Below are positions 30,621 to 39,802 of a stretch of 44,687 nt of DNA, piece after piece (position 1 is the stretch's first letter; each line of letters opens with the position of its first letter). The DNA is from a virus: the IMG/VR virus record IMGVR_UViG_3300040771_000271, positions 85,236 through 129,922 of that record; one strand, 5' to 3'. Under the pieces are notes generated by a model that saw only the letters and a list, made by a program, of their open reading frames with translations, was not told the DNA's origin and did no database searches. Made by a program: the position numbers and the translations under genes.

Positions 30621-31307
30621 TTATTTTGTAAAAAACTTATTGTAAACTTTATAATACTCGGATATTTGTTCAGCTACTTCGTCAAACTTTTTTAAGAACT
30701 TTTCTGCACGCTCTGTAGAATATGGAGTTTCAATATATTTTACATCTCCTGTAAGCCTTAGTGGGTACTTTTCTTGCCCGTTTCCTTTTCTGTCCAAAAG
30801 TATAACTCTTGAGTTTATGATATTATGACCTTCCACCTCTCTTTGATAAGAGTAAAGTGTTGTCTGTTGATAGTCGTCACTACCATAATAAGAAACTTTT
30901 GAACTTACAGCTCCTGTCTTTAAATCTTCTACTACTAACCCATCTTGGTGAAAATATTCCCTATCTGAAAATCCTTGTATAACATACCAACCTCTGTCAA
31001 CAACTATTTCAGATTCATATCTAGCATTTTCAGGTCTTTTTATAGAGTCAATAACAGAACGATCAAAATCAGTTAACCCTGTATCGGTTTTATCCTCAAA
31101 ATATTGTCCACATTTTGAACCGTATGAAGTGAAAATATTTCCATCATTACTTAAACCTAAAAAATAATTAGCAAACATTTCTCCTCTATACCCATCTTCT
31201 AAAAAACTATTATAAGCAGAATAACTTAACTTAGGCTTTCCTTTATGTTGAGGATAGTTTCCTTGACCATCTTCATATATTTTTGGTAATATTTTATTTG
31301 ATTGCAT
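30621..31307 (-). CDS. PD-(D/E)XK family exonuclease (Cas4/RecB-like)
   Basis: LSYS, E, QGFSD, VEDLKTG, Q..LY motifs. Confidence 0.8.
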   Translation of the reverse strand: MQSNKILPKIYEDGQGNYPQHKGKPKLSYSAYNSFLEDGYRGEMFANYFLGLSNDGNIFTSYGSKCGQYFEDKTDTGLTDFDRSVIDSIKRPENARYESEIVVDRGWYVIQGFSDREYFHQDGLVVEDLKTGAVSSKVSYYGSDDYQQTTLYSYQREVEGHNIINSRVILLDRKGNGQEKYPLRLTGDVKYIETPYSTERAEKFLKKFDEVAEQISEYYKVYNKFFTK

Positions 31308-32262
31308 CTAAAATTTCTTTAATTTCTTGTTTTTTTCTCACTTTAACTTCTACTTTATCTGACGCAAACATAGTGTTGTCAATATATAGACTAACTAATA
31401 TATCTTCTAATATTAATTTCTCTTTTTTAGTCACTTTCTTTTTTGACAATAATTTTTCTAACTTTTCTTTTGTTTTAATATCTAAATTTGTAGCCTTGTA
31501 AATTTTTTCAAGAATTGGTAAATCTTCTGCAAAAGGCTGTACAGTTGTAGTTTGGTTCTTGTCAATAAATACTTCAAATGGTTGTTCAAAACGCATTTTT
31601 TTAAATATATTAATTCCTGCAAAAACATCTTGTTTAACATAAGAATTAATTTTATCTAACCCATTATTCCAATATTCATTTGAAACCATAGAGCCATCTA
31701 AATCTGTTTTAGGACTTGGTATATTAAAATGATAACACATTTCGTCTAAAGAAGTATTTGCATAATGAGTGCCCTTAAAAATATCCATTAAGTCTAAGCA
31801 TCTGTCTAAGTTCCATGATTTTTTCCCACTTGTCAAAAATCTATCAACTAAGTTTTCAGTTACATTGAAATACCTCATGCCATTAACTGCAACCATTGGG
31901 AGGTCATATCCTAAAATATTTGCGCCACAAACATAATCAAAGGTATTTGCAATAGAGCAGAATTGTCTCAAAACGCTCTCTTCATCTCCTTCTAAAGCTT
32001 TTATGTGAACTTCTCCATCTTTAATAAAACCTACACCAACAGATACAATTTTAGTGTAACACATTTTTAATGCAGCTCTTTTATTATATTGTTCTACTAC
32101 TTCATCATCAGGTAATAATTCATCTGTTTCTATGTTTCTAGTTTTCTTTTGAAACAATTCAAATTCCTTAGAGTTTATATCTAAATCCTTGTTACGCCTT
32201 ACTACTTCTAAATCGAAGAATAAGACTTTTTCTTCATTGATTTTTTTAATTGTTTGATTCAT
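31294..32262 (-). CDS. DEDD 3'-5' exonuclease (PolB-exo-like stand-alone)
   Basis: FFDLE, GANILGYDLP, DLMD, SLD...F.IPSPK..LDGS.V, Y...DV. Confidence 0.82.
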   Translation of the reverse strand: MNQTIKKINEEKVLFFDLEVVRRNKDLDINSKEFELFQKKTRNIETDELLPDDEVVEQYNKRAALKMCYTKIVSVGVGFIKDGEVHIKALEGDEESVLRQFCSIANTFDYVCGANILGYDLPMVAVNGMRYFNVTENLVDRFLTSGKKSWNLDRCLDLMDIFKGTHYANTSLDEMCYHFNIPSPKTDLDGSMVSNEYWNNGLDKINSYVKQDVFAGINIFKKMRFEQPFEVFIDKNQTTTVQPFAEDLPILEKIYKATNLDIKTKEKLEKLLSKKKVTKKEKLILEDILVSLYIDNTMFASDKVEVKVRKKQEIKEILDAIK

Positions 32263-32838
32263 TGTTTTTTTCAGTTATTAATAAATACTTATATCCTTGT
32301 GCTCCGCTTTCTAATTCTATTTCTTTTATAGTTCCTTGAGCTACTAAGTTTTGAGTTTGTTCTAAATCTTTTTGCGCCAAAATATTGAGTGTGGCTTCAA
32401 GATAAATTAATTTTTCCATACCTATTTATTTTTGTTTTTTTTAACCCATTGCTCAAAATTTTCTTTTATAACTGTTTCGTTACGAGATATTGGCAACCTA
32501 TTACCAGCTTGAAAAGCTCTTTCTAAATCTTTTTCAGTATACATATTTATTAATTTTTTACAAATATATTACTTTTTCGGCGAGATAAAAAATAAAACAG
32601 TCTTTATTTACTTAAAAACTTTTCAATTAATAACTTCTCTTCACTAATAGACTGTAACCTACTATTAACATTACTTAAAAACAAACTATTAATATCTTCA
32701 AACATATTTAAACTCTCCTCTGTAGTTAAATCATTTAAAAGGTTATACAATATTGTTTCTTTCCTAGTCATTAACTCTCTTTCGTGATTTGACTGTTTTC
32801 TATTTTCTCTCCAACTTTTAATTCTTTGTGTCATAATT

Positions 32839-33099
32839 TTAAAATGGTATTGTATCAGCTTCAACTATTTCTAATTTATAGTCTATACTTTTTGTTAAAA
32901 ATTTTAATTTATTTATAGTTAGTTTTTGTCTTTGAATGTTATATACAATTGTCGCCTTAAAAACATAAAAAGGAATTTCTTTTAAACCGTAAGACCTATT
33001 ATCTTTTAAGTAAGGCAATTTATATAACTTTTTATCTTTCCATCCATAGTTTACATTTTTATATGTAAAACCGTATTTAAATTGTAATGTGGTAATCAT
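32839..33099 (-). CDS. Basic 86-aa hypothetical protein adjoining the attI-like end of the cassette array
   Basis: MITTLQFKYGFTYKNVNYGWKDKKLYKLPY...; starts 51 bp from the first GTTA core site. Confidence 0.7.
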   Translation of the reverse strand: MITTLQFKYGFTYKNVNYGWKDKKLYKLPYLKDNRSYGLKEIPFYVFKATIVYNIQRQKLTINKLKFLTKSIDYKLEIVEADTIPF

Positions 33100-33120
33100 A
33101 GGACTTTATTTTAGTGTTGA

Positions 33121-33163
33121 GTTACCACATTAGTTACGTGTATGCACAAGTTACGGCAAATAC
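33121..33163 (+). other. Putative attI-like primary recombination site
   Basis: gttaccacattagttacgtgtatgcacaa-GTTACGGCAAATAC. Core GTTA at 33150 with no upstream hairpin arm; extra GTTAC direct repeats at 33121 and 33133. Confidence 0.5.
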
Positions 33164-33561
33164 TATGTTTTGTTTTCATAAGTCAATTCAGTTCCTGTGA
33201 GTGCGAAATATAAATTTTGTAGCTGATGAACTGTTTTTATTTTAATAAACTCAAATGATTCAAACATAAATTCCTCTACATCCTCATTACACATATGAAT
33301 TTTTACATCTCCAAATTTAAAAGCTTTGCTCGCTTGTATTTCTTGTGGGTCAGAAGTAAAGTAGCTTTCTGCATTAAATTTGCGTAGCCATTCTTCTGTT
33401 AACGGTATTGGTTTAATATCTTCATATAAAATAATTACTCTACAAGGTCCAGAAGCAACTGCTCTTTTTTCTAATAACTCTAATATTTGTTCAGTTCTTG
33501 GTATTCCGCTTCCTAAGTCTAATCTTGAAATAAAATTCCCAATTCTTAATTCATTTTTCAT
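33163..33561 (-). CDS. Cassette 1 gene: conserved phage hypothetical (ELRIGN...PIPLTEEWL...VHQLQNLYFALTG.EL)
   Basis: ORF track; recurrent Bacteroidota-phage family motifs. Confidence 0.75.
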   Translation of the reverse strand: MKNELRIGNFISRLDLGSGIPRTEQILELLEKRAVASGPCRVIILYEDIKPIPLTEEWLRKFNAESYFTSDPQEIQASKAFKFGDVKIHMCNEDVEEFMFESFEFIKIKTVHQLQNLYFALTGTELTYENKT

Positions 33562-33592
33562 AACAATATTTTTAGTTTAATAATCCGTACTT

Positions 33593-33682
33593 GCCCTAAC
33601 ATACGCTTGTAGCTATATGCAGAAACTCCCTGCTTTTATTCACGATTGCGGTGGCATACAGCTACAAGCTTTTCCGTTAGTA
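33593..33682 (+). repeat. attC-like site 1
   Basis: GCCCTAAC-ATAC-GCTTGTAGCTATATGC...GCATACAGCTACAAGC-TTTTCC-GTTAGTA. Confidence 0.8.
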
Positions 33683-33688
33683 GCAATG

Positions 33689-33937
33689 TTAGAAACCCTG
33701 TTGACGAAGACGATATTCTTTACAAAGCCTACAATATTTATTAAGGAAAATATGACCACATTCTTTTTCTTCTATTTCTTTTTGACTATCTTCTACTTTT
33801 TCGACTACTTTGTAGGTTTCATAATCTAAATTTGTCTCTTTAACTATCTTATTTTTTAAGCTAAAAATAAACACAGCTACTAACAGCACATAAGCGCAAG
33901 CAATTAATTGGGTATTGAATTTAAATTTTGTTTTCAT
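33689..33937 (-). CDS. Cassette 2 gene: hypothetical protein starting inside attC-like site 2
   Basis: 82 aa. The hydrophobic ACAYVLLVAV segment is encoded by the attC arm; C-terminal CGH...C..C. Confidence 0.6.
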   Translation of the reverse strand: MKTKFKFNTQLIACAYVLLVAVFIFSLKNKIVKETNLDYETYKVVEKVEDSQKEIEEKECGHIFLNKYCRLCKEYRLRQQGF

Positions 33938-34013
33938 TTTGTTGTTATTTATAATTAATATAATTATTGTTTTTTGTCAGCAATTGCCTTCGCCTATGTG
34001 CGAAACGTTACCA
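33878..34013 (+). repeat. attC-like site 2
   Basis: TACTAAC-A-GCACATAAGCGCAAGCAATT...AATTGCCTTCGCCTATGTGC-GAAAC-GTTACCA, with an AT-rich loop. Confidence 0.8.
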
Positions 34014-34019
34014 GTAATG

Positions 34020-34244
34020 CTACAGTAGCGGTAAAATATAATCTGATTTATTGAAACATTCACTTATGAATTTCGCATGTCTTAACGCTTCTGATTTTTC
34101 TGTAGTATCAATTATTTCATTACTTGTAGTTAAATATGGTATTCTTGCTATTTTATATTTTGCACCTAAACTTGTGCCTATTATATTCCAAGCATTCTTT
34201 GATTCAGAATGAACAACCTTTGTATTTATATTTGGATTTTCCAT
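34020..34244 (-). CDS. Cassette 3 gene B: hypothetical protein
   Basis: 74 aa ORF; stop codon begins 13 nt after the G of the GTTA core. Confidence 0.7.
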   Translation of the reverse strand: MENPNINTKVVHSESKNAWNIIGTSLGAKYKIARIPYLTTSNEIIDTTEKSEALRHAKFISECFNKSDYILPLL

Positions 34245-34247
34245 AGT

Positions 34248-34544
34248 TTATTTAGTAACATCATTAAAAAAATCAGGATAAATATTTTTTATCATTTCTT
34301 CAGCATCATCTTGCATTTTAGTCCCTTTAACAGCAATCCATAAAGCATTTGATAAATAAGATAAATGATTAACACTGCCTCTTGTTAGTGGATTAATTAA
34401 ACTTTTAAATTCATAATTAAGATTGAACATTTTACCCTCTTTTGTCTTATTAAATTTTGATAGCCAATCATCATGAGAAACACTACTGGTAACACCTGCT
34501 ATACTCAATGCCTCGTTTTCGGTATTATTAACTTCTGTTTTCAT
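34248..34544 (-). CDS. Cassette 3 gene A: hypothetical protein starting inside attC-like site 3
   Basis: 98 aa. EALSIAGVTSS is encoded by the attC arm and TAAC box. Confidence 0.7.
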   Translation of the reverse strand: MKTEVNNTENEALSIAGVTSSVSHDDWLSKFNKTKEGKMFNLNYEFKSLINPLTRGSVNHLSYLSNALWIAVKGTKMQDDAEEMIKNIYPDFFNDVTK

Positions 34545-34615
34545 AAGTTCGTTTTTTTTAGTTAGAATAATTCGTTTTCATAAATCGGCACTAAGTATAG
34601 CACCATCCGTTAGGG
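34487..34615 (+). repeat. attC-like site 3
   Basis: TGGTAAC-ACC-TGCTATACTCAATGCC...GGCACTAAGTATAGCA-CCATCC-GTTAGGG. Confidence 0.8.
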
Positions 34616-34623
34616 ATAACCGC

Positions 34624-34905
34624 CTATTGGAGTAGATTAAAATTACCGATAGACTCTCTTACATCTTTGTAATATGCTTTTTTATCGTGATTTAAGCACC
34701 TTGCATTGTAAGAATCACTACCTTGTTTATTATGAAGTTCTTCTCCTAGTTCCGTGAGTGCTGAAACAACTTCATCCACTATCAAAAATGCTTTTCTTTT
34801 TAAATCTGTTTTAGCATAATTTGAACAATTTTCCCATAATGCTTTTGATATTTTACCGTTGTTGACTTTTTCTAAAATCTCTTTTGCTTTTTCTAAATGT
34901 GTCAT
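34624..34905 (-). CDS. Cassette 4 gene: hypothetical protein
   Basis: 93 aa ORF bounded by GTTAGGGATA and TATCCCTAAC. Confidence 0.7.
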   Translation of the reverse strand: MTHLEKAKEILEKVNNGKISKALWENCSNYAKTDLKRKAFLIVDEVVSALTELGEELHNKQGSDSYNARCLNHDKKAYYKDVRESIGNFNLLQ

Positions 34906-34940
34906 TTTTATAAATTTTGATTGATTAGTATTTCGTGGTA

Positions 34941-35027
34941 TATCCCTAACACACGATAAGGTCTATTTGCCGAATCTACCCGCCACAACCTATAACAGCT
35001 AGTAGCAAGGCTACGATTACGTTATTT
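34941..35027 (+). repeat. Degenerate attC-like site 4
   Basis: TATCCCTAAC box is present but lacks a matching right arm. A second CCTATAAC box, a short GTAGC/GCTAC hairpin and GTTA follow. Confidence 0.5.
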
Positions 35028-35431
35028 ATGATATTTAGATTTTGGTTTTTCAAAGTAATTTCCATTTTTATCAGTAATAGTAATCAATGGCTCTATAACT
35101 TCATTTTTAAGCAACCATTCACTTCTCATTACATCTTTAATTTCGTGATTATTAGTCACTATTTCTATTCCTCTTTCTATTTCTTGCATTGATTTTGCTA
35201 TTTGCGCTCCCATAGGAATATCTGCGCCTACAATTAATACTTTTTTCATTCTTATCTTTTATAAAATTTTATAAAATGTTTCTCCCTCTAAAATAATTTC
35301 TTCAATAATATTTCTGTTTATTAAATTGTAAGTGTCTATTTGAATTCTCCAAAACCAACAGGCTTTATCTGTTGATAGTGTTTTACCTTTATAGTTTTTT
35401 AAGGTGTTTATAACCTCTTGAATATCCATAA

Positions 35432-35860
35432 TTATAATGTAATTTCATAACCTATCATAGCTGAATTTGCACTATCATAAGAGAATATAAATTTTTTATA
35501 TTGGACTTGCACCCCTACACTTCTATAAATATTTTGAGCTTCTTTTTTGCCGTTTATATTTTGTTCAAAATAAGTTGCACCTAATTTACCTGTAATTGTA
35601 ATATCTTCAAAAGTAGCTCCAATTAAGAAAAACAGTGAAGGTGTTAGTTTGTCTTTTGCAATATGTTTATTTGGATGATCCATTCTTGTAGCTCTTTTAG
35701 CAACTTCTTTTGCGTCAGTTATAGAAACAGCAACTCCGTAATTTAAATCTCCCTTCATTTTAAAGTTTACTTCAAATGATTTGTAACCTACTAAGGTTGA
35801 TACTGTATTTTGACTATACCCTAATAAAGGGAATAATAATATTATAATTAATTTTTTCAT
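35432..35860 (-). CDS. Secreted or outer-membrane beta-strand-rich protein
   Basis: Bacteroidota-type signal peptide MKKLIIILLFPLLGYSQ; alternating amphipathic strands; C-terminal IGYEITL. Confidence 0.55.
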   Translation of the reverse strand: MKKLIIILLFPLLGYSQNTVSTLVGYKSFEVNFKMKGDLNYGVAVSITDAKEVAKRATRMDHPNKHIAKDKLTPSLFFLIGATFEDITITGKLGATYFEQNINGKKEAQNIYRSVGVQVQYKKFIFSYDSANSAMIGYEITL

Positions 35861-37629
35861 TTTAAATTTTCTTTTAGTTTAATTAAAACCTTTTTTAGGT
35901 GAGAATCATTTCCATAAACATTAATAAAACTACCTTGTATTTCTGTTGTTGTAAATAATGCTTTAGTTATGTAATTAGTTGAGAAAAACCTGGATTGACA
36001 AACTTCTAATATTTCTGGACAATTTTCTTCTGAAGTTAATAAACCACAAACCCAATCTGTTTTTCTCTTCTTTAAAAGTATGTAAGGGTGCTTAAATACT
36101 CCGTGCATAAGAACATCTCCTGCTTTATATTCAATAGGTTTTCTTTTTTCAGGATTTGCTGGTAAAACTGTTACCCAACTTAATAACTGTTCGTGATTAT
36201 ATTTTTTATCTTTTATTTTCTGTAAAAGTATATCCTTATCCATTTTTTAAGCCTAAATAAATTCCTAAACATAACCATTCAAACTCCAATTCTCTTGAAT
36301 TTATATTAATATTTAAAGCTGGGATAATTGCCCAAAACTGAAAATTTAATACAATATTAATATAGAAGTTTATTTCGTTAATGCTATTCATAATAATTAA
36401 TTTAAATATTCATTCCCTTCTTCATCATAATATTCCTCCTCTACTTCCCATTCTGTCCAATAATACACTTCATCATCAAAAGCTTCATCCATTGTATCAT
36501 AACCTAATTGTTCACATTTATCTAAGGCATCTAATGATGAAGCACAATAAAAATCACCATCATTAAAACAATAACCTTCATTCATCCCCTTTCCCCTAAC
36601 ACTATCTTTTCTTGCAAACTTTTCCATAATATTAAATTTTAGTGTTTTTAATTTTCTCCCCTAAATCCAAATAATAAATTAATTCCAAATAAACAAACTG
36701 TTGTTGAAACAGAATAATACATACATCTATCCAATCTATAAGTGTTTGCTTCAAAAATCCACGCAAAAAAGAATAAAACAGTGAAGAATATTGTTATAAT
36801 AACTGATAATCTAAATAACTTCCTCATAATTACTCTTGGTTAAATTCTACATTATCTTGACAGCCTTCATACCAAAAGTCTGGACAATCACTTAAATCCA
36901 TTTCTTGCTCACAAAAACATTCAATACTTTCATCTTCTATTTCGTGTAAAAGTATATTCCCACAATTACCACAAGTTACTACATTAAAACCTGCATTTTG
37001 CATAGCTTCTTGTATTCTAATTTGATTTTCTGCTAATTCTCTTTTAGTTTTCATAATTAAATCTTTTTAAGTTGTTTTTCGGCGAAATAAATAACTAAAT
37101 CTCTTTCCTTTTTAGATAAATTAGAAGTTCTATTATTAACTAAATCATATAATCTAAGTATTTCTGTTTTACTTAAATTTTCATATTTTCTATATGTTGG
37201 ATTTTTCTTTAAACCTCCTCCAAAGTTTCTTAAATAAAACTGAATTTCTTCTGATTCCATTAGAGTATTCAAGTATGTATTCATAACTATTCTTTATTTT
37301 TAATTCTGCAAAACTCTTCAATTGTATCGTAATACTCTAAATCAACTCCCCACTCAATATTTTCATAATCTCTCATAAAAATATCAACCCACTCTTTTGC
37401 TAATTCATACATTGCACCTCTCCCTTGCTCTTTATATCGTTTTAATATTGTTGACCAAGCATCATCACCTTTCCAAGCTGTTAAATGTTCTGATATAAAT
37501 TCTACTATATCATAATGTACTTCTAGGTATTCTTCTAAGTTTTTCATAATTAAACCTTTTTAAATTAAATAATAACGAGCGTATACATTCCTACCAATAA
37601 TTCCTGTATACGCCATTATTAATATGTAT

Positions 37630-39015
37630 CTAGTTATTATAGTTTTCTAATTCTTTTTTGTTGCACTTGTCAAAACCATAGTATTCGAGAAATAAATTTT
37701 GATTTAATTATTTTGGAAAGAAATCTTCTAACCAATTATTTTTTCTAGCCCATCCAAAAGCTCCGCTCGAACCTATTTTAAATTTAAACCTATTTGTGTA
37801 TTTTTTTGCCTCTGTTTTACAATTCTCGTAATTCCAATAATTTCTTGATTTTCTAGTATCTATCATATGTGAACAAATTTCCTCCGCCCATCCTTTTGCA
37901 AAGGCTTTGCTGTAAATACTATTAGCTTCTTTTATAAATTGAGAACGTAAAGAGTATTTTAATGCTTTTTCATGGCATCTTTCTTTAGTCCAATAATTGT
38001 TAAGTTTTTTAAGTTCAACCATATGAGAACATACCAAACCTATCCATTTATTTTTTAAACACGCATTATAAGCATTTTCATTGTTTAAAATAAATTCTTT
38101 TTTAGTAGTATATTTTAACGCCTCTAATCTACATATTTCAAAAGTCCATTTTATTTTTCCTCCTCCTAATCCCCCTGCTTTATTTTTATTAAGGATGCAC
38201 TTACCTAATTTTTTATATTCTTCGACTATTAAATCCTCCAATTCGGAAGCGTCCTCTTTTGAATAAAGTGTATCACTGATTAACTCAAAAACAGGTTTAC
38301 TGTTAGTTTCTAACATATGTTTATAAACTGAACTTTTTTCATCTGATAAATGGCTATTAAACCTCTTTTCAGGATTACACGTTAAACCAATATAAACACA
38401 ATCATCATAAAAAATTGCCTTATAAATATACCTTTTTTGTATATTACCTAAAGGAATCATATGACTACATATTTCTTCAAGCCATCCACTTCTATGTGCA
38501 ACAACATAAGCAGAAGGGTTGTTTTCTTGAAAATCTTTCTTGTGTTTATACTTACTTGCTTCTTTCGCACAATTTTCTTTGTTCCAATACCTATTAGGTT
38601 TTCTACCTTCAACCATATGAGAACAAATCTCATTTAACCATCCTTTTTTATGAGCTATCCTATAAGCTTGTCCACAAGATTTTAAAAAGTCGATTTTTCT
38701 AGTGTATTTTATAGATTCCTGTTTACATAATTCTAAAGTCCATTCAAATTTTACCATTTTACAATTAGTTTTATTAATATGGGTAAATATAATAAAACTT
38801 TTTTATATATGAAAACTAATTAATTTATATTAAATAATTTTTTATGTTGTTGCACTGTAATACCCGTAAACACTCATTTCATTTGTTAAATGGTTATAAC
38901 TCGCAACTCTTGACTCATAACTGACTAAATCCGAGTAATGGTCGCCTTCACTATTTACGTATTCGTTTACGTGGTGTTTTGCTGTATTGTTTAAATAAAA
39001 TGTTTTATGTGTCAT
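37630..39015 (-). pseudogene. Small phage gene apparently split by the GIY-YIG insertion
   Basis: 5' part 39015-38842 MTHKTFY...LVSYESRVA...YGYYSATT*. 3' part ~37698-37630 NLFLEYYGFDKCNKKELENYNN* has no start codon. Confidence 0.55.
37708..38757 (-). CDS. GIY-YIG homing endonuclease with five tandem ~50-aa repeats
   Basis: YIY...VYIGLT.NPEKRF..H...E...LN. Repeats W..E.C..EA.KY....F......AY..A...GW...IC.HM, two before and three after the nuclease domain. Confidence 0.85.
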   Translation of the reverse strand: MVKFEWTLELCKQESIKYTRKIDFLKSCGQAYRIAHKKGWLNEICSHMVEGRKPNRYWNKENCAKEASKYKHKKDFQENNPSAYVVAHRSGWLEEICSHMIPLGNIQKRYIYKAIFYDDCVYIGLTCNPEKRFNSHLSDEKSSVYKHMLETNSKPVFELISDTLYSKEDASELEDLIVEEYKKLGKCILNKNKAGGLGGGKIKWTFEICRLEALKYTTKKEFILNNENAYNACLKNKWIGLVCSHMVELKKLNNYWTKERCHEKALKYSLRSQFIKEANSIYSKAFAKGWAEEICSHMIDTRKSRNYWNYENCKTEAKKYTNRFKFKIGSSGAFGWARKNNWLEDFFPK

Positions 39016-39208
39016 AATTTTCTGTTTTTAAATGTTTCGTCTTTGTTCTTCATCGATAAGGTTTTCTCTCTCCTTATATAAAATCTCTATAAACTCCCTG
39101 CTTAAATACTGCTCGATATGTTTAAAATCGTCTTCTAAAAGATTTGTAATTCTATAAACAGAGTTTGTTGTTTCTAATAATTCTCTATCTATTTTCATAA
39201 TATTATTT

Positions 39209-39802
39209 TTAAATGGTTTCTCTAATAAACTCTGAATAAAATATATTTTCGTTACAAGTTTCTAAAAAATTTTCTTGATAGTCGTCTATCTCATCTTCAA
39301 AGATAAAAGTCAATACTGCTCCAATACTTTGTACATTATCTGTTGTGAAGTCTTCTAACCATTCTGAATAGTTATTAGCTGTACTGCTTGAAAAACCATC
39401 GTAAGAACTGTAATTGTCTTTTAAGAAACTGTTGAACTCTTCTTTATTTTCTTTTGCGAAATTTAAGATCTCATCTTTGTCATAGTCAACTGTCAATTCT
39501 ACTTGGTCGGTTGCAAAATTGTAAAATCTAGGACTATACAACTCACCAACTTCAATTTTAATTGTGATACCTTCCGCTTCAATTTCTCCGCTTAAAAGAT
39601 TATCTGCTTGATGCTGAATTTCTTTTGTATATTTTTCGTTGTCAAATCTATTCCAATAATCTTCCGCAGTCATATCAAAATCACCATTTTCAAAGTCCTC
39701 GTTAATTTGATAGTCATCAAACATATTTTCGGGTGACAAATAACTATCATACATACCAACTGAAATGATAGGAAACAAGTTTGTGTTTATTGTAGTTTTC
39801 AT
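39209..39802 (-). CDS. Highly acidic hypothetical protein
   Basis: Likely start MKTTINTN; D/E-rich; motifs YSPRFYNFATD and YSSYDGF.S. Confidence 0.65.
   Translation of the reverse strand: MKTTINTNLFPIISVGMYDSYLSPENMFDDYQINEDFENGDFDMTAEDYWNRFDNEKYTKEIQHQADNLLSGEIEAEGITIKIEVGELYSPRFYNFATDQVELTVDYDKDEILNFAKENKEEFNSFLKDNYSSYDGFSSSTANNYSEWLEDFTTDNVQSIGAVLTFIFEDEIDDYQENFLETCNENIFYSEFIRETI

Larger units (their letters stand above)
33150..35027 (+). mobile_element. Integron-like gene cassette array (four cassettes, no integrase in window)
   Basis: Three intact and one degenerate TAAC...hairpin...GTTA sites. Each cassette's left end is the reverse complement of its own right-hand TAAC box. Confidence 0.78.

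Noticed and set aside
30621-31307. Cas4 as part of a CRISPR system
   Set aside because: No Fe-S cysteine cluster, no other cas genes and no array; this is an ordinary phage PD-(D/E)XK exonuclease.
33593-35027. CRISPR array or simple terminators as the explanation for the repeated hairpins
   Set aside because: The units differ in sequence, are separated by whole genes, lack U-tails, and show cassette-end complementarity instead.
37658-38856. 10-bp direct repeat TTGTTGCACT as a target-site duplication of the GIY-YIG insertion
   Set aside because: The left copy lies ~40 bp inside the resumed coding tail and in a different frame, so it does not mark the junction.
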